A DNA stretch of 64,000 nucleotides from Candidatus Obscuribacterales bacterium (GTDB taxonomy: Bacteria; Cyanobacteriota; Vampirovibrionia; Obscuribacterales; Obscuribacteraceae), in NCBI GenBank assembly GCA_965228855.1, contig CBDDIJ010000003.1, positions 2,816,001 through 2,880,000 on the forward strand, in the 5' to 3' direction. The notes below the pieces were generated by a model that worked only from the letters and a program-made list of their open reading frames with translations, did no database searches and was not told the DNA's origin. Below, piece by piece: positions 10,180 through 23,600 of this stretch (positions within the stretch are counted from its first letter, which is position 1; each line of letters starts with the position of its first letter). Both the position numbers and the translations under genes were made by a program.

Positions 10180-10731
10180 TCACGATACCAATAATGGTCG
10201 TACAGGAATTACGGCGGAATTTTCTACTTTCAGTGGACCGGCCAGAAGATTGTACCGGTAACCTTGCTCGAGGTGTTCGAGGTTGAGACCGAAGAGTCCT
10301 GGCAGGGAAAGGCTCTCGAACTTACTTGCCAATTCGGTAAAACGCCCGTCCTCTCGATATAACGAACAATCGCTTCCAACGAGTAAAGCACCTCGCTCGT
10401 AGAGCCAATCTATGACGGCAGGGTCGAGCGAAAATGCTCCCGCCGCTGTTCTTGTTCTGACGAGAAAGCGAGGTGGCATCTCGACATCAGCTTGATAGCG
10501 AGTGCGCAGAATCGTCATCTCCGCCTCGAGCTCGCCAACGCAAGATTTGACTGCACTCAATTCGATTGAATCGGATTCGGATGCAGGAGTAAGTACGGCG
10601 CACAGACCGAAGTATGAAGTCAAATCAGAAGAGGGAACGAATGCAACGGTATCGGTGGCTCTCTCGAGAGTTTCCTCCCCTGAGCCCGGTTTAGACGTTG
10701 CCAGGTCCCATACGAAATCGAATCTGAACAC
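10180..10731 (-). CDS. Degenerate cyclase / kynurenine formamidase-like protein
   Basis: RFLVRT..LDPAVIDWLYERGALLVGSD..GLNLEHL..YNLLAGPLKV..PVRPLL matches the KynB-like fold; no HxGTHxD. Confidence 0.65.
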   Translation of the reverse strand: MFRFDFVWDLATSKPGSGEETLERATDTVAFVPSSDLTSYFGLCAVLTPASESDSIELSAVKSCVGELEAEMTILRTRYQADVEMPPRFLVRTRTAAGAFSLDPAVIDWLYERGALLVGSDCSLYREDGRFTELASKFESLSLPGLFGLNLEHLEQGYRYNLLAGPLKVENSAVIPVRPLLVS

Positions 10732-10737
10732 TCGTTT

Positions 10738-11367
10738 CTACTCCTCCACCAGTGCGAGCGTAGCTCGGCAAGGCAAAACTCCCTCGACATCTTTGAGCAC
10801 AGGGAGGGCCGTCAAGAAATATGGTCTATTCGGCACGACTCCCTGTAGGTCCAGATTGACCAACCATGCCACCTGATTCTCATCCAACAAAGCTTCCATG
10901 AGGCGGTTATCCGATGCAGCAACTTGCGAAGACTCCAACCCGATTAGCTCGAGCCCGAAGGTGCTCAGATAGAGAATTGCATCGGCGCTCAGCGAGACTT
11001 GGCGCCCTTTTTCTCCACTACTTCGCAGCAGCAGCGCCGGCGGCATCATCAATTGTGCCCCAGCTGCCTGAATCTCCTCAGCCCAGGTGCTGACTAGTTT
11101 TTGCAGCATAGGACCGGTTAGCTCATCGGCATCAGGTACCTCGAGCAAGACGGTCAATCCGAAGTATTCTCGCAAGTAGAGCGAAGCACAGTCAGGACTC
11201 TTCTCCGCGTCGACCACTTCATCGGGTTCCAAACCATGACCTTCTTTTCGAGAAAGTCGCTTGTAAGTGGTGACCGTACAGGGATACGGCGCAACTAGCT
11301 CAGATGGTTTCAACTGAAGCGAAACAGGAAGCGTCAGGTCGATAATCTGCGAAAAGTCAATCCGCAT
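10738..11367 (-). CDS. Degenerate cyclase / kynurenine formamidase-like protein
   Basis: IIDLTLPV at the N-terminus; LLLRS..LSADAILYL..GLELIGLES..LVNLDLQGV..YFLTALPV..PCRATL; no HxGTHxD. Start uncertain (11367 or 11412). Confidence 0.65.
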   Translation of the reverse strand: MRIDFSQIIDLTLPVSLQLKPSELVAPYPCTVTTYKRLSRKEGHGLEPDEVVDAEKSPDCASLYLREYFGLTVLLEVPDADELTGPMLQKLVSTWAEEIQAAGAQLMMPPALLLRSSGEKGRQVSLSADAILYLSTFGLELIGLESSQVAASDNRLMEALLDENQVAWLVNLDLQGVVPNRPYFLTALPVLKDVEGVLPCRATLALVEE

Positions 11368-11645
11368 CGGATGTCGTTGCACTCCGCATAACACAGACTC
11401 CAAGCCTATCACAGTCTGGGCTGGTTTCTAGAACTCGAAAAAGCTATCAGACGAGGTCCCGGAGATCGGAGAGCCGATATCCTGTCTGACAGGATTTAAT
11501 GTGTCCGGAACTTTTTATCTTTGCTTGTGATACTGAGAATACGACAAAGTATTAAACGCGCGAAACCTGACCCCTCGCGACTTTGAATTTTGAAGCTCAT
11601 CTCCAAAAGCTCTCAATGTGCTCTGCAGACCATATTTAAACTGAA

Positions 11646-14600
11646 GTGTATATGTTTACTATGGGAACAACGAACTCGGCTACGTTGTGTTGGTTGTCTA
11701 AAACTTTGTCAGAGAATCGCAAACAACCCATAGACCAGACCTCGGATAACGATAACGAGGATGACTCCAGCGTCGACGAGGCGCTGTCAGCTTCTGCAGA
11801 AAGAGATCATGAGCCTGCCAGCTCGACGACTAGCGACAAGAGCGACAGAGCAACCGACGCTTCCGAAGATACGCAAGAGTCCCAACAAGAGACCCAAGAA
11901 GACGCCCTCGACAGCACCAATGAGTCTAGCGAAGGTGGAGATGTTATCAGTGATGGACTGCGCGAGGAACAGAAAGCCAACCTGGCAGAAGCGAAGCAAC
12001 TTCTAGAGACCCATGGTCTTAAGTTGAGAAAGGAAGACGTCCCGGATATCGCGATAGAGAACGGTCATGGTTTTACTCGAAAGTCTCACCAACACGAACA
12101 GCTTGGCAAAGTTTCCAGAACGACTCTCGATGACGGAACACTCGAAACAGCCTTTGAGAGACATCCGGATTTTCGCGCCCTTTCGTTCAAACCTGGTGAG
12201 GCGCCGACAGCCAAGTTAAGACAAGATCTGGCAGATTTCCCTGAAACAAGAGCGGCTCTGGAAGTCGGAGAGCCGACAACCTTCAAACCCGGCGCCCCCA
12301 GCAACAGCAAAGAACTCGAGGGGTTCTTTCAGAAGCATCCCGAGTACAAATCACTGACACTGACAAGAGGGCACAACGCTAGCGCCGACCTTCCGCCCAC
12401 GGCAGAGTTGGATAGAGGATTCACAGGTCCTGCCATCATGGGCGGTACTGACGCCAACGGTCAGAAGTGGCTGCTACTAGCCAATGGGGCTGCGGAAAAG
12501 TTCATACAGGGCTCGGAAAAGGGCGAGCAAAGTATCGTGCTCTTTCATCCCGAAGATCCAGAAGGGCGCATGGCACAGGTCCGGTACCAGGATCATGCCG
12601 AGACCTTCTATTCGAACGGTCGAAAAGTAAAGTCCTCCGATTACAAATCGACCGGCGAAGAGGCGGCTCCAGTGGTATCGGACACCCGGGCTCCAGCAGG
12701 TCAGGTAGCTCCAGGAGGAGGAGGCGAGGGAGTAGTGGCAACTCCGCTAGCCACGCCTGTTGTCACCGAAAGCGATACCACACAGAAAGAAACAATTCCA
12801 CCGGCAGACGGACAGACACAGCTACCTGAGCTTGAGAAAGTCTCCGCTGAGATCCCAGAAGAAGTTGCTGTCGAAGTTCAACCCGAGATCGGAAAACCAG
12901 TCATTAGCGACGGCGCCGATACACAGAGACCTGATTCCGACAGCAACGAGAACTATAGCTCCGGAGCCGAAGGTAGCGACAGCAACGGTACCTTCATCAC
13001 GGAACGGTTCCAGGGTCCCGAAGACACGGGTTCAGCATTCGACAACTCCGTCGCCGAGCGTAACAAATTCCAGCAAGAACAGCAGCGACTCATCGAGCAG
13101 GAGAAAGAAAAATTTCTGGATCTTCACGCGTCGGGCGAGGAGAGACAAGAAGCCATCGCCGCACTGGAAACGCTTCTGACGAGCCAGTCGGACGAGAGCC
13201 GCACTGCCATGCAGAAAACGATAGACTTCTACAAAACAGCCGATGCTGTTCTGAGTCTCGGAAAAGCTACTGCGGGACACAGGTTCGAAACAGTAAGAAC
13301 TCAACTGCTGAGTCCATCCACATCCGACAGCGCCATCGTCGCGATTTCCAATATAGCCAACGGCAGCAACGGAGATCAGCAAGAGACCGCCAGAGCAAGA
13401 GAAATGCTCATGGACTTCGCCAAAAGAAATCCGGCGACCGCCGACAAAGTCATCGATGCACTTCTGGCATCGAGAACGGAAGGCGACAAATTCGGATCGC
13501 TTACTTTGGCTACGGAGATTGCAGCCGAGACCGGGAGGTCGACTACAACTCTCAAAACTGCGCTCTACGATGGCTTGAAGAGCGAGTCCGCTTCCGAGAA
13601 AAATAGCGCCTTCTTAAACATGGTCAGACTTTCCGGTAGCTGGTCGAAAGAAGATGCTCAAGCAGTCGCCTCCTCACTGACCCCGGGAGAGGCTAGAGAA
13701 ATTCTTGCTGTAGCACCGGATACGATTAGTGCCCATCGTGATGCCATGGCGCCGATCCTTGCCGAGAAGTTGGGCCGTGAATGGTCCGAATCAGACGCGG
13801 GACGCGTTGCTGCTCTGCTTTCGGAAGACGTAATTCAGGCCATAGATAGAGCTTCGCCCTCGGCAATCGACCGCGTCGCTGACCATATCCACAACAACCT
13901 GGTAGCCAACCGCACTCCGGCAGATCTGGAAGCGGGAGCTAAGCAGGCGCTGGAGAGACTGAGTGCGCTCAAGACACAGGACTCGCCGGATGAGCGTGAA
14001 GTGGAAGTTCTTGCAGCCGCGGTTCAAAGATATACGGACGCAGTGGCTGACCAGGCGAGGGGAAGGGTCAACGACCCCACGAAAGCGAAAGCGGCTAACG
14101 AAGCGCTGGAGCGCCTTGGACTGCAAAGCGATACCGGCCGCGAATTCGTCATAGACAGTATCGTCGCACACCAACCGCCTCGCAGCAAACAATTCGACAC
14201 GTTAGGAACGTTAGGCAAACTCATTGCCGCTTCCGACAATGTACCATCAAAATCCAGAGAACTCTATGCTAGCGTCCTGGCTGATGGGAACCCGATACAA
14301 CAGAGAGCTGCTATCGACAGCATGAAGTTGTTTGCAGACAAGTGGACATCCGAAGATGCAGAGATTCTGAGAGACAACCTTTCTTTCGAAGCGATCCACA
14401 GGCTCGTCTTGACGAAGCCGAACGTCATGGACAAGCAGATTGGCGATACGACTTTGAGAAAGTTCCTTGTAGAGGGACTCAAAGAGAAAGTGTCCAGCCC
14501 CGATGCGAAAACCAGAGAGACAGCGGTAACAGCGCTCGGAGTAGTGGGTGGAAAACACGCACTGAAAGATGCAGGTCTGGAAGTCTCTTCCTATAGCACT

Positions 14601-17600
14601 GACGGTGACAGCAATAGATACAGACTCTACGATCCCAAAGGAACCTACTATAGGTTCCAAGAATTCAAGGACCGCGATGGTGTTCTGCTCGAACAAATCT
14701 ACAGAGGAAATGAAGCGGAGCTGTTCGTGGATTGGAAACGAGGTCCAGGTGGTTCGGTAGAACTCAGCGCCGTTCGAGACACCGTAAGAAAACCTCCATT
14801 CGGAGCACAGTTCGGATACGACGGCAATTACGACTTCAGTTACGAGGGCGGATACAAGAACGGAATCCGCTCGCTGAACGAGAAGGAAGCCGAGGCATTC
14901 AAAGCTCAGTACGACGAGCTGAGGCACAATGGCGACTTCTACACCCTCGGTCAGAACGATGGTTTTCACGAGCTTCCCGCTCCGGTCGAAGACTTTTCTC
15001 CTCCTGCGGCAGACACCGCAGGCGATATCACAGCGCCGGAACGCGGAATCGATACGAAGGCGGAAGAAGCAGTCGAAATACTAGATAAGCTGAAGCAAAT
15101 GGCTATCGGGCCACCGCCGAATACCCAAGCGCAAGACCAGCTTATCAGCATTGGAGGGGTTACCGGTCCACAAAACCGCGACAGATTACTGGCTCGAAAC
15201 ATAGAGGCTGTCGATGGACTCATCGCGCAGCTCAAACGCCAGGATTCGCCTTCCAGATTCGCGGCGATGCGACGTTTGGAGAGTGCGCTGAAACCATCTG
15301 AGGGTCAAGAGTCCGTTGCAGAGCAGCTCCAAGATGCTCGTATCGAACAACTGATGAACGGAGTCGGTCCAGAATCATCGGCCGAAGAGTTGGTTAGACT
15401 ACAAACCCGACTAGTGGAGCAACTAGAACTCGCCCGCGAAAGTAACGATCAGAAAACCGCAGTCAAGCTGCACGACAAAATGTTATGGGTAGGAACAGCC
15501 CACGCTATCGCGCAGCTTAACGAGCTAGATCCAGCATCAACAGATACGCCGGCTCGATCACGAGAGCTTGTAAACAAGCTATTCGTGGAAGCCCAAAAGG
15601 GCAATAAACATGCTCAGACAGCGATGGCTCTCTTAGCACGCGATGGACAATCCGATACGCAAGAGAAGATTCAGGCGCTTGCTTCAGGAGACGGGCAAGT
15701 AGGACTTGCCACTCCTGACCTCAAGAATCTATCGCCGGATCAGCGTCTGGCGATATCCAAGATTGCGACGAATCTTATTCAGCGAAAAGTAAGAGCCACC
15801 GGTGGTGATATCACAGAGGCGGAGGTCCTTGCTGTCACCAGCGCATACAATGAAGCCAACGTCAGAGGAGATAGTGATACCGCCAGGTCCATGCTGGATA
15901 CCCTGGATCTAGCATTATCGCGAGATGTAAAAGAGTCGGGAGAAGGTAGGACCGATAGGCAAATTACAGTCGAAGCTATAAGCGAGTTACTGAAGACGAG
16001 CATCGGCAACGATCAACAGCTCCGCGATCGATACCTGACTTTCGCAGACAGCGCCCAACTCAACAATGACCTTCCCGCACTACGAGAACGATCCGCCACC
16101 GGAGATGAAGCAGCGATGTATCTCATGGCGGGCATCGCGTCGAGCGACAAGGGTGATGCTTCGAGCACCGCCAGCGGTGAGTTGCTCGACTTGGCCCAAA
16201 ATGAGAGCCTTCGTGAACTGGCAATGAAAGCTGCAATCGATGCGAAAAACGCTGAGACGGGAGACAGGGGCGACGCCACCGATCTATTCAGAGCCATGGC
16301 GGAACAAGGAACTGTTCCTGAGTCGGTAAAAACATTGCTTCACTGGAAGCTAGGCTCATCGGACCCGTCGGACAGAACACAGGGCGCGAGAGCACTGGTG
16401 TCTATCGCAGATCGATGGACCGAGCAGGACGTCGCCCAGATAAAAGACAATATGAGTCAGGAGCTGGCGCAAGCTGCTGCGGAACTACCTGACGGCGTAG
16501 ACGAAAAGCATGTCGCTTCTATTCGAGAAGGACTGGCAACAACGCTGAAGAACGAATCCAGTGAGGCATCGGCGAAGGAAGTAGCAGTCCAGGCACTCGC
16601 TAACCTCGAAGGTGAAGCACTTCTGCTCGACGCAACGAAACAAGAAGCACTGGGTCTCAAAGCGGAGAAAGATGGCGACAAAACGACTCTGATCGACTCG
16701 AACGGCACCAGATACAAATTCTCAAGGACCGGAGATGGTTCAGTTCGTCTTGATAGATTGGAGCGCTCGGACAAGAGCTACCGTGAAAACAAATACAACG
16801 AAAACGGTGATTTCATCGGAGCGGAAGAGGTCACGGAAAGTGGCGGCAAGCTGAAAATCGACGGTGACAATAGAGGTGTCGAAGTTCGCAAGCCGAACGG
16901 AGAGTTCATCAAGATACAATCCGGAACTGACGGGAAGCCATCAGGCGTAGTCGATAGCAACGGCAACGGATGGTTCTCGAAAGATGGTGGCACCTCGTGG
17001 ACTAGAAGAGGCACGGGAGAAAAAGCATTCGGAGAACCGCTTCTCTCTCCCGATGGATCACTCCGTTTCCACAGCGGAGAGCATCAACTCGATGTATTGC
17101 AAAAAACAGATGGCACCATAGAGAGTGTCGACCATAAACGTCATGAGACGACTGCAATCGGTCCAGATGGTTTCTCCATCACACGCAACGATGCAGGAAA
17201 AGTCGTCCGGACGAGAGACGCTGATGGAAATGAAAACCTCTACAGCTGGTCCCGAGATAACAAGACCCTGCTGGGCGTCATGGACAAGACCGGAATGTGG
17301 AAGAGCGATGATGGAATTCGCTGGAACCATCTCGGAGCTCCGGGTGAGACCACGACCGGAACTCGATCTGTGGATGAAAGCGGTCGATATCACGTCTTCG
17401 AAAACGGTCCTCAAGGCAGGAAAGAGACTATTACGGGGTTGGACGGTTCGAAGACCGTCAACCGTCCAGATGGTAGTAGCGAAATTTACAATCGGAGAGG
17501 AGAGAAGTTCACTGTCCGCCACGAAGGGTCTCCATCTCATCTCGCTGAAGTCGATGATCCAAGCGGGCTGAAGTGGAAATCTGCTGATGGCAAAACGTTC

Positions 17601-20600
17601 ACATTGATGGATGGCGATGAGCCGTCGGACGTCACAGCGACTATCGAGCTACAGCCCGACGGCACCTTGAAGAGAACCATTTCGAAAGAGAGTAGAGAAT
17701 CTGCTGCGGAAAGAGGACTGGCAGTCGACGTAGTCTCGAAACCCGATGGAATCAGTATCTCTAGAGACTCGCAGGGACGAATCACGGAGATGACCGGAGT
17801 CGGTGGCGAGAAATCGACGATCACCTACGATGAAAGCGACCCTCAAAAGATCAAGCGCCTCAAGACCGTGCACCCGGACGGTCGGGTCGAAGAGATACAG
17901 CAGACATCGGACGGCAAGTGGAGACAGCTGTTCAAAGATTCGGTCACTTCAGCCCCGCACGATGCGACCAGGGAGCACATTCAAGCCGACAGGATAACAT
18001 TCGATCAGAGCACCGGCGAGCTCACATTCCTCTCCAATGGTGCATCGAAAGTCGAAGTCTCGAGAGACGTCACAGGTCACCGGTACAACTTGCCCTGGAC
18101 TTCTCAGACGACGGAAGCTCAGAAGCACAACTACGACAAGCTGGTCAGAACCCTGGATAGAGGTATACGGGGTTATAGAGATGTGGGTGAAAGTCTTCGA
18201 CTAGAAGACACGTGGTCAGGCGACGGGAGTAGAGAATCGGTCCAGTGGAGTACGACTGGTGACGTATCGAGCGAGCGTACCGTCCACAACCTCGACGGAT
18301 CTGTGGCCAAGATAGACGCTCTAGGCAGAGTTACCGGTGTCTCCGGTCTTGCCAACGACGCATCGATCGATATCAAATACGGTGACAACGGTGAAGTAAC
18401 TCTAAGGGACTCATCAGGACAGCTCTGGGAATCGAAGGATGGTCGTGTATTCCACAATCCCGAGACCAACGTTACTCTCAGATGCGAGCTGTTCGTAGGG
18501 AAAGACGGCAAGTTCGGATTCGATCTCAACGGCGGAGCCAGGATGACACGAGATGTCTCTAGCCGAGAGACTATTTTCTCACCGCCCGAGATGTTCCGAC
18601 AGCCGAGACTGAGTCCACCGGAAGCTCAGGTTGCCGGCGTCGTTCTGAAAGACTCGGGAGAGCGCCTCGAACTGGACGGAAATGGTCTGGTTATAGCCAC
18701 CCAGACGAACAACGGCCGACGGATCATTGCCACTAGAGACGGTGCCGGTAATCTGACATCGGCAAAGGTTATGGTCGGAGATCAGGTAGCTAGAACCTAT
18801 ACGAACACGAATGGACAGTGGAGTCTCGACGGTACTCCGATGAGAAAAGGCGCGCAAGCCAGCCTTGATCGTAACGGTGACTTCTTCGTCTTCGAAGACG
18901 ACATCGATAGAAAACCAGATTTCGTGCAACGGCTGGATGGAACCCGAATCGAGAAGTCGGAATCGTTCGACATTCCGAACGGCTCGAAATACGTCGTAGA
19001 AAGTCCGAGTGGAGAGATATCAGAGTTCCACTTCAGAAGAGGAGGAGCCGAACCTGTCCTCATCATGGAAGGTGGAAGAGTTCAGCAAGATGGAACGATT
19101 CAGTTCCCCACAAAGATAATAAAGCTGCCCAATTCCAACAATACCTACTCCGTAATCAAGAGTGACCGCGATGGTGCTCAACCAGCAGGCAAGACCTGGA
19201 CAGGCGAGATTCGTTTCGACGCCTATACTGGATCGACCTATTCATCAGGTAAATATCCTGATTCCTCCGCGAAGACGGAGGTGCGAACTTCAGACGGATG
19301 GACGTTCGATCCTGCGTCCAGTGACAAGACCCAGAGAAAATTAGAGCCGAACGGCGCACTCTTGTTCCGCAAACCGACCGGAGAGCTCTATGAAGCCAGT
19401 CGACCAGACGGAGTCCATCTGTCGGCAGAGCGGAATTCGATCGGTATGGTCGACACAGTCACATTCAGGAATGACTTGGCTAAGACGAGCGAGCAATACA
19501 AAACATCCGACGGTAAACACTGGACAAGAACAGTAACCGATGGAACAGGCAAAGCTGTTACGGACGAGTTCGAAGGGAGCGTCTCGGTCTCCCGAGATGG
19601 TGACGTAACAATTCGGAAGGCAGATGGAAGCCTGGAGCGCAGATTAGCATCAGGCGCTGACATAAAATTCGACGCCACCACAGGCGAAGCCACCGTTGAC
19701 AGACCAAGTGAAGTCAAAGTCGGGGATCAATCTTACGGTAAGACTCTGCACATCGGCGGCTTCGGGGCGAACGGACAACCTAACAAGATCTTCAATGGAG
19801 ACGGAACGTACTCGGCTACGTCAGATGGCGTTAGCTGGAGAAAGTACGATGGTCAGGGAAGTCCGATAGGCGAACCATTCAAGCAGACCGTCGAGTTCAA
19901 CCTGGAGACGGGAAATCTCAAAGTCACGAAGATGGATGGCTCGAACCCTCCCAGACCGGTGAGAGTAGAGAGCATCAACGGAGACGGCACCCATAGGATT
20001 TTGGAAAACGTAGGTCTGGGTGATCAACTAGACTTGCGCGTGACGAGCGAGTCCAATGAATACGGAGAAGTAATCACTCACAAGTACGAGGGTGGTGCGA
20101 AAAAGGGCACGCATGTTGAGAACAAAGATGGAACGTACAAGGACTTTATTGTCTACAAATCTCAGGGACGGGAGCAGATGCTGCTGTCTGGCTTCAAGGA
20201 CTCCTACGGACGGCAGACCGAGATAAATTGGATAACTCAGAATGGTAGACCGACAGTCGCATCATATACAGATGAATATGGCGACAAATGGCAGCTTTAC
20301 AATGACAACAAATACCGAAGACAGACGGACAAAGGTCCCCCGGGTCCAAAAGTTCACGGTGGAAAAGTCTTCGTAAACCGCGAAGGTCAGCTCGAGATGA
20401 TGATGAAAACCAGCTCGAACCTGACGGCACTCGATGGCGATAACACAACGGTCAATGTCCGTATCGCACGTGGTATCGAAGGCCATATCATCACGCAATT
20501 CCAAGAGCATGGCGGTATCACTGTCAAGGGTCGCGAGAATGTTGTCGAACGAACCATCAGGGCTGACGGAGCTGTCCACCAGTTCAGCTACAGCAGAGAG

Positions 20601-23600
20601 AAAGGTCTTATCAAGCTGGACCGCTATGGTCAGCCGAACATCAATCAGATAACCGAAGGCGATTCAAACTCGAGCGAGAAATGGGATCTGATCTACCTCA
20701 AGTATGGTCATAACCAGGAAAAGCAAGAGTGGAAGCCAATGCGCTGGAAGAGCAGCGCCAATGGGAAGGAGATGGATGCATTCTGGCGCTTGGATCAGCT
20801 CACAGGCGACATGAGTTGGTTCAATTCCAATATGAGCCACCAGCACTATTCATTGGCTGGCGGCTGGGACAAACTTCATGGAGGAGAGCACCTTCGAAAA
20901 GAAGCAGATGAAATCGCCAATGTTTTCGAGAAGTGGTGGATTTCAAACTACGCTTTCTCTTCTGCAAGTCGATATTCCGATTTAAAATCGCACCTGGAGC
21001 CGCTCACCGGCGACCAGATGCAGATGATGCAGTACTACCTGCATAATCACGAAGGAAAACCGGACCTACGGCAGAAAGTCGATGAGCTGTGGAGCGGTTG
21101 GGAACACGACACCTTAGAAGGTCATCTCGATAGGACTGCTCACACCAGAGATACGGATGAGGCTGAAAGAGCCGACGTCAGAATAAGATCGGCACTGGCT
21201 GAGATGAGCACATACTCTCAGAGGATTCAGACCAGCCAGACCAGAGCCCTCGAAAAAGAGGTTCGAGACTCTCTGGGCGCGTTGAACCAGACGCAGTTGG
21301 AGCTGCTGCAAATCGCCCACAACGGCGGAAACAAAGACGCCCCGACACTCTTGCAAGAGATCCAGGAGCACCCCAGATGGAAGAATGCTCCGGAGATTCA
21401 CCAGAAAGCTCTGAAACTCTATCTGGAGAAAGGCAAAGACGAGCGGACGCCCAAAGAAGAAGCCGAACTCATGGCACTGGCGCTGCAGTACACGGCACCA
21501 GGCGTCGGTCGCAACAGACATATGCAGTATGCTCCTGCCTCCCTCACACAGCGATTAGAGTATTTCAGAGAGTTTTCTGCGGCTGACAGATCCAGTGATG
21601 AAGCCAGAACCTACTTCAGAGAAGAGATGGGTGGAGCGGCACTACTGGAGCAAGCCTTCGTACGCGAATATCAGCGTACAGGAAATCCGGAAGACCCCAA
21701 CTCATACAATTACCAGAACGGATTCTTCAAGGTAGCAGACTGGGATCCAAATCGACTGATGACGATCGGGCGAGACTACATGCTCGACGGCAAGATGCGA
21801 GCAACCACCATTATAGAAGAAGGAAACTACCTCTTCGGAGCCTCGAGAGCGAGCATCGAAGACACCTTCGCGCAGATGACTCCGGACGATCGAGCACGTT
21901 TGAGACGCGGTCTCGAAATGCACATGATTATAAATGACAAGATCGAAGTTCCAGCGGCAGAAAAAGCCGCAGTACAAGCGCTTCTCGATCCATCGAACAC
22001 TTCGGCTGAGGCGAAGAAAGCCCGAGACGACTACGAATACTTCACAGACCTCAACACCAAAGCCCATGATTGGTCAACATTCGGACGAGATCGACGTCAG
22101 ACGGAATACGTCAGCCTGGCATCGGGAGCAGGATTCAGTCATGACATGGGCGAGGCCACAGTATCGACCATGTGGTGGAATGCTGACAAAGAAACCCACA
22201 TGAGTCAAGTCGAGAACATGGACAGAGAGAGTTTCGATCTGTTTATGTCAGATAGAGCGTTGAGAGCGCTCAACACTGACTTCATGAAAGAAAATTTCTC
22301 TGGATACACGCGTGGTGATGCAGCCCTGAAGCTATTCAATGACAAGCTAGCATACGCTGACAGCCTGGAGAAGATGTCGGTTGACGACCTGGCGAGACTC
22401 TTACCGGGAACACTGGAGCTATCGAAGCCAGAGCTCGATATTTTTATGCGAACGCGAGCACTCGATAGAACAATCGCAGAAGGTGCGACAATTCAGCGCT
22501 CCATCAATAAGGGAAGAGAGCTGGAAAGAGGCATCACAGATGGTGCTGAGATCGCACGCAAGATAGAAGCAGGCTCGCTATCGGAAGCAGGTCTTGGAGA
22601 CGCAGACAAAATCGCGCTCGATCTGTTCAAGGCACATAGAGATGGCAAACTGACCGATGCACAAAAGCAAGCACTAGAAGCACTCCATGTAGACAACGGA
22701 AGAACTCTGTCGCAGCGACTGGCCAAAGGTAAGGAAGTAGCTGACAGAGTGGAAACCGATCCATCTGGAGAAAGCGGACTTTCAGACGCAGATAGAACGT
22801 TGCTGCAACTATTTCGAAGCTCTGAAAAAGGAGAACTCGATGCTCAGAACAAATCCGATCTGGAACTCTTCCAGGCGAAGAAGAGCGATGCGAAAGAATC
22901 GGCACTAAAAGAATTCCGAGATCATCAACAAACACTCAAGCTCGTGGATGAACTTCACGAAGGAAGAGATCTCGCTCGCGACATCAATGAAGGACGACTG
23001 CTTGCCGAAGCAATCCAGAGTGGCAAGGCGGTTAGCGGTCGACTCGGTGGTCTATCCGGTCAGACCAGGACCGATGCAATTGCCGCCCTATCTGCAGCAG
23101 ATCGCGTCAGCCTCAGGACATTCGAGCGTTTCGAAGCAGGCAAGATGACCGAGAGCGAGCGAATGCAGATCGAGTTGCACAAGGCTCAGCAAAACGGCAG
23201 TCTGGGAGCACATAGACAGGGACTTCTCACGCAATTCGAGAGATGGCAGAGAACGACTGGAGAAAAGCTCGCTGCCGAATTCGATCAAGGCAAAGCAGTC
23301 AATGAGAGACTGCTCAAGCGAAACCCAGCCGATAGACACAAAGCGAGGACAGAGCTCTCTCCTGAAGATCGCCATGCCCTCGATACTTTCAACAGCTTGG
23401 AATCAGCCAGGAAACTTCAAGCCGATATCAACAGCGGTAGAGAGCTCTCGCTGAGTCTCGAAAGCGGTGCTTCCAGTGCTCAATTGACAGACCAGCAAAA
23501 GTATCAACTGGCGCTATTCGACCAATACAAAGCCGGCAATCTCTCTCAATCTCAGACCGAAGCACTCGGCAAAATTCAGAGTATAGATGCATTCCGAGAC

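Noticed and set aside
16660..20860. Calling the giant protein a canonical Rhs or RTX/MARTX toxin
   Set aside because: No PxxxxDPxG core terminus and no GGxGxD nonapeptides seen; only analogous organisation is claimed.
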